This document shows, in pieces, positions 26,240 to 37,838 of a stretch of 64,000 nucleotides of DNA (positions within the stretch are counted from its first letter, which is position 1; each line of letters opens with the position of its first letter). Both the position numbers and the translations under genes were made by a program. The notes under the pieces were generated by a model, which saw only the letters and a list, made by a program, of their open reading frames with translations, made no database searches and was not told the origin of the DNA. Source of the DNA: Schizosaccharomyces osmophilus (taxonomy: Eukaryota); contig NC_079238.1 of NCBI RefSeq assembly GCF_027921745.1, positions 2,232,001-2,296,000 of the forward strand, read 5' to 3'.

Positions 26240-27567
26240 TTTACGAAACCGGTTGTTGGCAGAGGAGTCAGGTACAGTAGAGAAGATGGATGTATGGGGT
26301 TGACGGTTTGGAATTGATGTGAACGATAAAGACTTATGACTATGGAAAGATCGCGGTTTACACAACCGAATCGGTATATTCTTGGGAAAGCATGAAAAAA
26401 AAAGGCGAGATGATGCTTTGCCCAACGACATTGGTAAAACGATGTTTGTTCTTTGGAAAATGGTAGTCGTTGCCTTTGAATGTAGTTGGATGTCTTGATA
26501 AAAAGGTGAAAGATAATGTTAAAAAATTTAAAGGTAAAGAAAAAGGTAGCTGTTGTTTACCGATTTTCTGTATTTCTGCTCTTCTTCCAAAGGTATGATG
26601 GTAATCCTTTGTTTCTTTTCGAGCTTTTACAAAAACTAAGATATATAATGATTGTGAATAAAAAAAGGAAATATGAGGATGAACAGAGAGTTGGATTTGT
26701 TGAAATGCGAATTCGGTTTCTTGAATTTCGTCTGAAACTTTTCCTTTGGAATCCATAAACTACGACTTGACATTTCGAGATTTTTTTCTCTTTTTATTTG
26801 TAATAAAATACATCTTCTAATGAATCTTGGTATTTCCAAGAGGCGACCTTTCAAGTCATTGTTTGTTTACAGATTGAAATATGTCACCATGACTTTTAAA
26901 ACGATCCCTTGGTAACTATTCACCCAAATCCTATCCCATAAGGACTTTTGAAAGTAATGACAATGAGCGCCATCGTATTTGCCCGGGCTAAACACTGTAC
27001 TATATAGGCTGATGGACATGTATATGAATATGTTTTCTTCCAACGCGCTTTGAAGCGTTCTGAACCATTCGTTTTCATTTGATAATTATTTATGACACTT
27101 TTTATATAATTTTATTTTTTAAACGTCCTTTTCTTCGTTTATAAATACCAACTTTGACAAATATAAAAACTCTTTTTACAAATGTAAACAAAAGATGTGA
27201 CTTCTGTTACCTGTCTGATAATTTCACATGTTCTTCACCCTATATGGGTGGGTGGTACCCTAAGCCCACTTCAGTCACTCATAAGCCAGTTCGCAACCAC
27301 CTCTTTAGCGCACTCCGTGTTCTGCAATCTGCCAACAACCGTTCTCTTTGAAAAATCAACAAAAAAAGAATTTCAGTAGATTCTCATCAGATTACCTCTT
27401 TAGAGTGAACAAATACTCTGGATTGAAGGTTTATTGAGGAGAAATTTTAAACGACATTTCCAAGTGGTAGAAACGCAAAAAAAGTCCAAACTTTTACTGA
27501 CACATACTTTTGTTCTCTTCTTTTTTCTTTGAAACCCTTTTTAGACGGGTCTTTCTTTTGCTATAAA

Positions 27568-28975
27568 ATGTCAAACCAAGATGTGGATTTAGACTCCATT
27601 ATAGATCGCTTGTTGGAGGGTAAGTTAATTCCTAGTTAGCTCTGGTTTGTTTTGCATGAATGAATTTGATAAAGTCGAGTTGATTGCTCGAAAGGTTGTA
27701 TACAAGCATCCTCACCTGAAAGGCTTTTCCTTTTTCACCTTATCGAAAAGGAAAGGAACTACCTTTTTTTAAAAAAAAGTTGATTATCAGAAATTTAGGA
27801 GTATGTTTCAATGTGAAGATAATGAGCCGAGGGTCTTGTTTCTACCAGCGCAGGTTTTCGATCAACTCGAAGGGATCGTCCACCTGTGGGCTTCCGATTC
27901 GGCTACTTCTCGACTTCATGCATAAAACCTTGGAGCAATTCACTTATTTTTATTCTTTATCTGCTTCTTTTACTAACTTTCTCGTTTTAGTTCGAGTCAA
28001 CCGTCCAGGAAAACAAGTTCAGTTGGCTGAGAATGAAATCCGCTTTTTGTGTAACAAAGCCCGTGAAATATTTATAAGCCAACCCATACTACTAGAGTTG
28101 GAAGCTCCCCTCAAGATTTGTGGTGATATTCATGGTCAATATTACGACCTTTTACGACTGTTTGAGTATGGTGGCTTCCCACCAGAGGCAAACTACTTGT
28201 TTTTGGGTGACTATGTAGACCGCGGTAAGCAAAGTTTGGAGGTCATTTGCTTGTTGCTTGCCTACAAAATTAAGTATCCGGAAAATTTCTTTATCCTCCG
28301 TGGTAATCATGAATGTGCTAGTATCAACCGTATCTATGGCTTTTACGACGAATGCAAGCGCCGTTACAACATCAAACTTTGGAAAACATTTACTGATTGT
28401 TTTAACTGCCTTCCAATCGCTGCCATTATTGACGAAAAAATATTTACTATGCATGGTGGACTTTCTCCGGATTTGAACTCCATGGACCAAATCCAGCGCA
28501 TCATGCGCCCCACAGACGTTCCCGACACTGGTCTACTTTGCGACCTTTTGTGGTCCGATCCTGACAATGACCTGACTGGTTGGGGTGACAACGATCGCGG
28601 TGTTTCGTTTACATTTGGTCCTGATGTTGTGTCTCGATTTTTGCATAAACACGACATGGATCTTGTTTGTCGAGCACACCAGGTTGTTGAGGACGGCTAC
28701 CAGTTTTTCTCGAAACGCCAATTGGTCACTTTGTTCAGTGCTCCCAATTATTGTGGTGAATTCGATAATGCTGGTGCTATGATGAGTGTAGATGAAAGTC
28801 TTCTTTGCAGTTTCCAGGTACGTTTTTCAATCCTTTCCAAGCGTTCATTGACTAACGAAATTTATAGATATTAAAACCAGCAGAGAAAAAACAACGTTAC
28901 AGCGGTTACCAAGGAATGGGTCAGAACTGGCACATAAATACACCTCGGAAAGGTAAGGCAGGAAACTCAAAATAA
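27568..28975 (+). CDS. dis2: Protein phosphatase 1 catalytic subunit Dis2. Exons 27568-27619, 27991-28817, 28868-28975
   Basis: [40 protein letters not shown]; Dis2-like tail [10 protein letters not shown]. Confidence 0.96.
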
Positions 28976-30118
28976 AGCATTTAATGTTTCTCATTGTTTT
29001 CCTGAACTTTATTTATTCTTTTGGTCTTTGAATGTGATGAATTAGAAGCTATAATTGTTTTTTGATTCCAGCGATTCGCTGTCTTATAACGTTTCACTAT
29101 CTGTGCCTCTGCATGAGCATTAGTTTGAATAATTAGAGCAACCTGGTTTTATTTTTGATTTCACATTACCTTCGTCTTATCTGTCTATTCTCCCCTAATC
29201 CTTAGATGTAACTAAGAATTTAGACCTCAATCTTTTCTCTTTTCCTATCATCTATTTCTATTATAAAAAATATATATACCTCTCTAGGGAGATGAAATCT
29301 TACGATAGGTTACTTTACCTACGGTACTTTTTGGCATACAAGGAATAAGCAAACGAGGCTTCCGATGACTTGGATTCGTCCTGCGTTCCTTCTTTTAGTG
29401 CTGGATTCCATATCCTTTTAACGATTCGTTTAATCTACTTTAAATTGTTCACATTGTTTTAGCATGAACAACTTTATAACCTCTCAATGTCCGTGGATGA
29501 AACTTTTGACCCAGTAGTATTCTTACCATTTTATCCTTTGTACTTTACTGAAACCCAAGCCTTCAACGTCTTTATCTTTACCTATATACTCTGTAAACAT
29601 TTATATGCCGCTCGAGATCGTTACAGCGTCGGCTGTATCTCTTACTTTAATTAATTCAATTCATTATCTTCTGCTGCTCTATTATACACTTTAGTGACTA
29701 TTGTAACGGAACCACGTTCACATATCTCGTATTTTGAACTACAATACTATAGAAAACGTCGTTGTGTCCGCCCATTCTTGACAATACGCGGGTTTTTTTA
29801 CCGATGCATCGCCAATATGTATAAGACGGACAAATCAATCTAGCACAGCAATACAAGACGACCGTACTAATTACAACGATCACCTCTAGTAAATGTGCAT
29901 TCGTTAAGACCGAATTTCAACAACGGTAGGTTCAAATTTCAAGTGTACTACAGTTTACAGATATAACGCTTCGACAATTACATGACTGAATTTTGAGCCC
30001 AAACAGTTTGTAAGAGTGAACCAAATTCGAATTTACAAAAACATATAACCAGCTACCGGACAATGAAATTTATACGTGAAAATACCAATTTCTTAAAAGT
30101 TATCGCCTAAGTAGAGAT

Positions 30119-30372
30119 TTAGGCATTTCCAGCAGAAGCGGCAGTCTGGGCTTCCTTGTTGGCCTGGACGGTACCACGGTTGGCAAACTTTTGGTTACGA
30201 CGGAACTTGGCGTCACGGTACTTCAAAGAGTCATAACGGTGCTTTTGAGGGCGCTTGATACCGTTACGGTGAGCCTTCTTGTTTTGGTTGTGCTATTGAA
30301 GGGTTAGCCATGTTTCTTTGATATAAAATATCCAAAGTGACTTACATTAGTGTGGTTTTTAGACTTGGCCAT
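30119..30372 (-). CDS. rpl29: 60S ribosomal protein eL29, 66 aa. Exons 30372-30346, 30292-30119; not in the ORF track
   Basis: [61 protein letters not shown] intron. Confidence 0.96.
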
Positions 30373-30431
30373 TTTGGTTCCTGGATAAAACTACGACACT
30401 ATTCAAAAGTAAAATAATACTTACAAAAAAG

Positions 30432-30439
30432 CAGTCACA
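30432..30439. promoter_or_regulatory. Homol D box of the rpl29 promoter
   Basis: CAGTCACA 60 bp upstream of the ATG. Confidence 0.8.
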
Positions 30440-30738
30440 AATTTGTTGCGCTGCTGTTGACACATAATTTAGTGAGTGCTTTAGGGTTTTGTAAACCCTG
30501 TAAATAATAGAAGGCATGCGTAATCGCATTTTTATGAATTAAAACAAAAAAAAAATATGTTTGTAAATCATAAGTCGCGAAAAACCGAATGCTGAAACTT
30601 CTTGCATGCAGAATAGAACTAAAAAAATGAGATTGACAGAATGAATAGAAATAGCAGTGTGTAAATCTTAATTGGAGAAAAAGTGATGTACAAAATAGGA
30701 TATGCATTCAACTAACTAAAAGTAAAGATTGTAAGTTA

Positions 30739-32334
30739 TTATTCCTCGCCAGAACCAACTTCATCATCATCATTGCCCGAGGATGAGCCAACTTCTTCAT
30801 CGTATTCTTCAGCGACATCACTTTCACTTCCAGCACGGAAATCTTCATCTTCAGACATAATTTCACCCATTGCTCCATCACCTTCTTCCTCATCATCGTC
30901 TGCAAGTGCAGCATTAAGAAGAGATTGTTGAGCCTCGTCAGCCAAGTCATTGTGAATTTTAACATGTTTAGACTCTAAGTAGCGTACGATGGCATTTTGT
31001 TCTTCTCTGTTAATATTGGAAAATTGATAGGAAGTTCCGGAACGCAAAGAAAATGTTAAATCAAAAGTACGGGAAGCTGAAACCGACATGCCTACACGAG
31101 ACAAAGTGACACGCGCCAAATCAGCAACGGTAATAAGGATAGTAGGCTTGGGAATAAAGAGTAAATACTTATCAAGAATGTATAATTGACCCTCGTTGGC
31201 TTTAAAAGAACACTTCACAGCAGCATGGCCATGGTGGCTCATATAATTTGAGGGCGTGATTACCTTTCTATTCGTCAAGCCTTGGAAAATTTGACTTACG
31301 ACCTCATATGCTGCCTGATCATAGCTTGTTTTCAACTTATCTGCATATTTTTCGCGTAGTAAACCCTCTTCCATGTTGAGATCAACTTCCATGTCTTCAT
31401 CTCGAATGAACTGGGTTACAAGGAATGGATAGCGGGTTTGACCTTGGCGTAATGGAGGATCTAAGCCAATTACAAAAGCAACATGTTGTTCGTCGGGTTT
31501 TGGAAGTAAGAAGAGACGATTAATAGAACTGTATTCCACTTTATAATCATAAGTCTTACCACGAAGACGCATGGAGGTTTCGTACATATCAATATCATAG
31601 CGACCACGAGGAGTCAATAAAAGAATCTCAGATAAAGAAACAATGGCATCACCCGCGGCTTGTCCAATGTCTGCACGCTCCTTAATCGATTCGTAAAAGA
31701 GATTGGCAGCATTCTGCTCAGTATCTTCGCCTTCGGCAGCATCTTCCTTGGATGTAGTTCCGGGAATGTAGAGACGCATTTCCACCAGTTCGTCCGCTTG
31801 AGCAGAAGGTACAGGGGAATCCTTTACATTCGAAAATTCTAATGCTACCTCATTTTTTCCTGAAAGGTTACTATTGTTGACCGAGCTTATGGGAATTTCA
31901 AACGCCGGACGAGAGTTCACATTGAAGACGAGCTCTGATCCAAGAAATTCGGAATCTCCCCAATTCCATCCTTTAATAGAAAATTCTTTCTGTTCAATCC
32001 CCATGTCATAATTTTGTTTTATAAAATTAGCCAAGCCATCAAAGTCCTACATCCTTGAGTTAATTTTCATCCCACCATGGCAAACTTGACAACTCACCTC
32101 TTGAGCAAACCCATCCAAACTGACAGGTGATCGATTCTTTAAAATAATTTTCAATTCATAGCCTCTAGCAAAATGACTCCAGCAAAATCTCCGAATTTCA
32201 CTTAAAGGTAAAGTGAATGGTTCATTAAGAGCACTTGACTTCCAGCCTAATCCGCTTGGAGCGATTCGAAGTTTTCCTGGCTGTGAACTTAGATTTAAAT
32301 AAATATTATCGTATTGAACAGTTTTAGCTGCCAT
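30739..32334 (-). CDS. pob3: FACT subunit Pob3 (SSRP1 homolog without HMG box). Exons 32334-32098, 32046-30739
   Basis: KGWNWG, LTPRGRYDIDMY, LDPPLRQGQTRYPFLV, acidic tail GSESDVAEEYD. Confidence 0.97.
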
Positions 32335-33162
32335 TTTGAACGCGTAAATGAGAATGCTCTGGAAAACTCAAGTCAAAGGTTGCTTGTCTCTTTGCTTTTT
32401 AGGACACTTTCGTACCACCTCCTAAAGTGGGTTACGGCTAAATACTGGAATATATCGATAATATCGTATACCCGTTTCGTTTAATATGATATATGTGATA
32501 TTTAGTTGTTGAATCAAAAAGTAGAAAAGGAATTTTGGGAAAGACTTTCTATAGAGCATGTTTGGATGTAGTGTAGTTGTTATATTTAAAGAAATAAGAC
32601 TTTTGTATCGTGGGTTTAGTTCACAAACCTTTTAGACCGGATTTATTCTGAAACGCCAAGCAATTTACAAAAACAAGAATCAAGTATTCACTAGCTAACC
32701 AAAGCTTCAAAGAAAAACAACAAGGAAAGAAAATAGAAAAGAAATAATGAAAGGAGAAAAAGAAACATAAGTGCATTTTTTGAGATTTTCGGCATGCCAT
32801 TATTTCTTTTATCTGTTTGTTTACAAACAGATAAAATTAATAATGACAGCTATTCTTTCTGTACCACAATGAATGATAAAAGGTGAAAAGGAAAAAAAAA
32901 CCAAAAGCCAAAGACTTGTACCTTTGTATAAAAAACGACGTATTTGCTCTAAACAATTTGTAGTTGAAAACTGGTGCATAAGGAATCTGTTCATCAATAA
33001 GAAAAGACCTTACTTTTCACTTCTTGCATAAACCTACAGCCCTACTTATAGTGAAAACAAGATACAAGACATCAAGTTTTCTTAAACAAAAACTAAGTAA
33101 TTTAAAAAGGACGATAAAGTATTCCAAACATCAATGCAACAAAATCAAAAAAGAAAAATTCA

Positions 33163-35853
33163 TTACATAATTGTACAAGCATTCGTGTCTAATACCTCAT
33201 TTCCAAAGCCATCATCCATGTGGGCACGGTAAGCTAGATGAGAGAGCATCCTGCTAAATATTGTTAGCACCTTGCAAACGATCGAATATCAACTAAACAA
33301 ACCTTGTTATATACGAATCTCGAGACCCTTGCTCGCGATTCATTTCATTTGCCGCGATAATCTTGTAGCTATTTGAAGTTTGGTTTCGTGATCCACCCAA
33401 CGCTGGATTGTTTTCTGTACTGAATATCTTAATGGTCGAATCAATTCCAGATACTGCGATCGTGGGGAAGATTGGATGCCCTTCTAAAACATTCACCACT
33501 TCACTATCTCCTTGTATAATAGCAAGTATTGAGGTTGACTCTTTATCCCCTGTTCACCAGTTAGCAGTTTAAAAAGAAAAATTGAGCCTTACAAATAAAA
33601 AACTTTCCATCATCAGAACCGCTCATGACATATTCATCATTTAATCCAAAAAAATTAACATCTTTGACCTAGTCAAAAAAGTTAGCATATTACCCCCTTC
33701 CAGAAATGGTAAAAATACGACGTACCGTCTCGACATTGCAATGACCATAATAACTTTTAACATGGGTTTGAATAGGAACATTCGGTTCAACGGATTTTCT
33801 CTTTTTCGATCGAAGTGAAAGTAAACTTGGGCCTTCGTCTGACTCCTCCTCACTCTCCTCAGTGTTTTCGCTAACGTATGTATAATCCTCATCTTCCAAA
33901 TCGTCACCGTTATTATTATTAAATTCATCCTCTATTTCCATTTCCGTGTAACCTGAATCTAAACTTTGATTCTCAGGCTCAGATGCGTCATCATAAGTAT
34001 CCGTTTCCTCCCCATGCGACATGGAGTGTTCTGATTCAGAGTAGGAAGAATCATCAATACTTGATATATTGTTTGCTTCTTCAGGCTCGTCCCGATCCCA
34101 TGGCTGTAGTAGACCCCAATTAATATCGGCGGATATTAGATCCAGACAGCCACGAAGGACTTTATGTATCCAAAAAAATTTCCTAACTGAAGATAAATCG
34201 TTGGTATCGATCCTTGCAAAGCCTCGTATCATTTCCGATGCGCTCCAAAATAAAACACGCTCGTGTTCGTCAGGATCGCGTAAAACAAAATTCTGACGAG
34301 CCTCGTTTGGGGGAGAAGACATTTGTAAAGCCCAATGGTCACTTATTCCCAAGAGATAGCGTATGACCCAGTTCATAAAATCATAAATCCATCCCCAACC
34401 AGCTTGTATTATTGTATTTGATTCTAAACATGCTTTGTCGTCCATGAGCACAAGGACTGAAACGCAGGCCCTCCAGTAATGCAAGATTTGATTACGAATA
34501 TCATGGTTAAAATGCGTTGTATCTATAAAATAATTGTAGTTTTCCATATAATATATAGCATCCTTCACATAACGGATAGAATGGACCATGTGATTTTGAT
34601 AACCGCTCGCAACGCTTTCATAAAGACCGTTGTCTTGAGAAGTAAAAAGTTTTTGTATATTTTTATACATTTGGTAGAACGTATGCCGTCTTGGCTGAGT
34701 CGTCACATACGGACTACGCAAAACCCTTGCCGTTGGAGTGGATGCTTCAGACGGAGCATTAAACCAATGTGTACTTTTGTTTTGTCTAAAGGAGCTTCTC
34801 GCGCCTTTTGATGCTGCTGGTAGTTTCCGTGGAGAATCCTCAGTCCTTTCAAATGTAGGCTCGAACGCCTTATCTTCGTTAATATTAAATAAATATACAT
34901 AATCAGAGTTCCAACTAATCAGCAGTTCATTTGGATTTGCGGTACCAAATTCACAGCAATTAATATGATGGTCAAGTATTCCTTGAGAATTATAGGTTCC
35001 GTTAGGGCTAAATTTTCGAACACATCGCGTGTCGCGTGTTAAAGAATCACCAGAATTATTTTTTTTCCATTGGTCTTTTCCTACCATTCTTCTGTCATGC
35101 AGAAAAGCATAAGGATGAGTACCTCCAACGACAAAGTAAAATGGATTGGACTTTGACATCGACATGGCATATAGGTTAATACGGTAAGAGCTATAATTGA
35201 CCAAAATAGAGGGACAGTTGTGATCCTGACTACAATGATGCGGTTCCCGTATATCAAATTGTCGTACTGTCCCGTCTTCGCTACACGTCAAAAAAGTGGA
35301 TCCATCGTCGCAGGGAATAATCCGTTTCACAGAATCCAAATGACAATTCCAGCATCTCAATTGCGTTTCTATACCCTTGTTGACTTCAGAAGAATTACCA
35401 AGCTCGACATCGAACAGCTTTACAAGGTTGTCACCACTAGCAGACATCACCTTACGACTATTCGAGTGTGGGAGAAATTTGACACTAAAGATATTGTGTA
35501 AATGTCCTGTAGATATCACATTAAGCGGTTCAAAATTATTGTACACATCCCAAATAACCAATTGGGTATCGTCGCCGCCAGATAATAAGTATTCTCCATT
35601 TTCTGACCAGCTAAGTCATGTTAGTAAAACCGCCACAGAAGATATTCAATTTACTTTAATGCATTTATACAACTTGAATGGCAACTCAATTCCCTCTGTA
35701 AATCAATGTTTGTCAGCCAAGATGGACTACCATAGATATCTCGTGAAACTTTTAAACGGTCAGTACTTTACCTAGCTGAAATGAAGCCATACCTTTTCGA
35801 TGCAGCCATTCCCGGTTTTCCAATTGACGCAAAGACAAGGAAATCCCAGACAT
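33163..35853 (-). CDS. iqw1: WD40 DCAF protein Iqw1 (DCAF6/DCAF8-like). Exons 35853-35793, 35748-35655, 35610-33726, 33668-33593, 33549-33303, 33253-33163
   Basis: WSENGEYLLSGGDDTQLVIW, TGHLHNIFSVKF, SEDGTVRQFDIRE, YYGHCNVETVKDVNFFG, VMSGSDDG, AVSGIDSTIKIF; five introns restore one frame. Confidence 0.88.
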
Positions 35854-36040
35854 AAGGCCAATTCTTGGGAACTGTGCTTTTTGGTAAACGACAGATTTTA
35901 CATTCGCGGGGATGACGATGTAAAGTAATCGCTAAAGGTGCCGTGTCTACTACCATATACATTATACATTATATAATTTCATATGTAAGAATGATCAACT
36001 ACTGATTTGATATGTACAATAAATAAATTATTCTATGTGA

Positions 36041-37120
36041 TTAAGTGGTGTTTCTGTTTTTTTTTTCTTTTTTTTTTCTCATATAGCTGTAACGAAGAGA
36101 AAGTATGTGAAAATAAGGAGCGCTGACGGATTGGTAACCATCCATTTCAGTCCATGAGAAATGATAAGTTATGGACGATTCAGGTTCATTTAGGAAACGG
36201 GTTTCAGAAAACGAGGTTCTACCTACAGTGGTTCCCAGTAGCAGTGACTGAAGTTGGGTATGAAACCAAAAATGGACTTGACGAGAAAAAGCACGAAAAC
36301 CACTAGGGAAGATACTGACCATATATTCACTGATTGGAGAAGACCAGTTACAAACTAGTCTCCACTTTTGGGTTTGGTTGGAATCTGTGCATGGGTCCCA
36401 TTTGCAAGAAGCCCATACGGGAAATTTCAGGCGTCTGTTGTTCGCATCGAATGTATAGAGGGCTAAAGTAAGATTGGGAAAGTCTTTGGATTCTATTTCA
36501 AATTCTTGCAAGACCGATTCTGCTAATGCCAAGTCTTCAACGTTTCCTGCAGGCTGCTGATTTCGAAGCTGCGACCACGCTTCAATGTAACGGACATAAC
36601 GGATTTGAGAGGGAATAGTAAGACCATATCCTCGTCTCATGCGCTTTTTCGTATAAAGCTCCATGCTTTGTGTGAATGTATACCCTGCATGAGCTACTAG
36701 GTAACTACAAAGCACCGTTCCCGTGCGACCTTTTCCTGCTTTACAATGAACTATCAACTTGGAAATTGGGTCTTGGGCCAATAGATTGGCCATCCTGTCA
36801 ATGATTGTACACAGCAATACAAACGGAGGCGGATTGTGATCCTCAAACCCATAAACTTCCAACTTTGAGATAAATAACTTGTGGTGATAAACACTACGCT
36901 CTGCACATAAGTTTATCATCATCCACCTTTCTGAATATTTATCGTGCAAGTATCGCAAAACAGCATTTTCATCATTCCTGTAGATACTGTGAAGACCAGC
37001 TGCTGGTGTCGACATTGCAATCAATCTGTCTGTAATTTCAGCCAAATCTAATTGTCCATAGCCTTCATTCCTATCCAAACCTCTTCGATTTCTAGAAACG
37101 ATCGCTCGAATCGTGTCCAT
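36041..37120 (-). CDS. ptn1: PTEN-family phosphoinositide 3-phosphatase
   Basis: LDLAEITDRLIAMS, FEDHNPPP, HCKAGKGRTG, IPSQIRYVRY. Confidence 0.93.
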   Translation of the reverse strand: MDTIRAIVSRNRRGLDRNEGYGQLDLAEITDRLIAMSTPAAGLHSIYRNDENAVLRYLHDKYSERWMMINLCAERSVYHHKLFISKLEVYGFEDHNPPPFVLLCTIIDRMANLLAQDPISKLIVHCKAGKGRTGTVLCSYLVAHAGYTFTQSMELYTKKRMRRGYGLTIPSQIRYVRYIEAWSQLRNQQPAGNVEDLALAESVLQEFEIESKDFPNLTLALYTFDANNRRLKFPVWASCKWDPCTDSNQTQKWRLVCNWSSPISEYMVSIFPSGFRAFSRQVHFWFHTQLQSLLLGTTVGRTSFSETRFLNEPESSITYHFSWTEMDGYQSVSAPYFHILSLRYSYMRKKKEKKNRNTT

Positions 37121-37838
37121 ACAAGTAAAAAATCAAGAAGCGAGATTGTCACAAATATTTCGTAAAGATAGAATTCATCCTCCTTTGTATGTTTACACGT
37201 AGTAATCTTTCACTTACCAGGTAAGATTACTACTCATTAGTTACCATGTGGTGTAAACAACTTACACAACCATTAGAATTCATATATACTATTATATTAT
37301 TCGTATGAACTTGGATTACAGCTTTAAATTTGTATCATAGATTAAATTAGTTTGTATATACATACGCTAACAGTTATACAATAAACACAACCTACCATAG
37401 TATATAGCTTTCCATGAAGAGAGGTAAACATAGTTTGACAATGTGTTCCTATACGTTTGAACAATTCAAGCCATAACTTAATGTTGATATACAAATGAAC
37501 TGCAAAGACAAACGTTAACAATGGTCGGGACGAGAGGAAACAAAAGCAGCACAAACAAAGAAAAAAAAAAAAACAATGAATACCCAAAGAATCAGAGAGA
37601 ATAGGAGAACTCTGAAGATTTGAATTCGTAATTAGATATGCACAACGTCCAATTGAAATGAAATAATTAACATGAAATAAAAGAATAAAAGAGAACGAAA
37701 GCATTACACAATTAAAGGCCCTTTAAACATTGAGAAGGAATATACTATCATCACACATGAACACTAGTGACAAATAATAAGCAAAAAAATCGTTAATGTT
37801 TATACATAAATATACCGTCAAGAATAAAAAGTCATAAA

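Noticed and set aside
27780..27990. Apparent 70-aa N-terminal extension of PP1 in the ORF track
   Set aside because: It starts at TTG inside intron 1. The real first exon is 27568-27619, with consensus splice signals.
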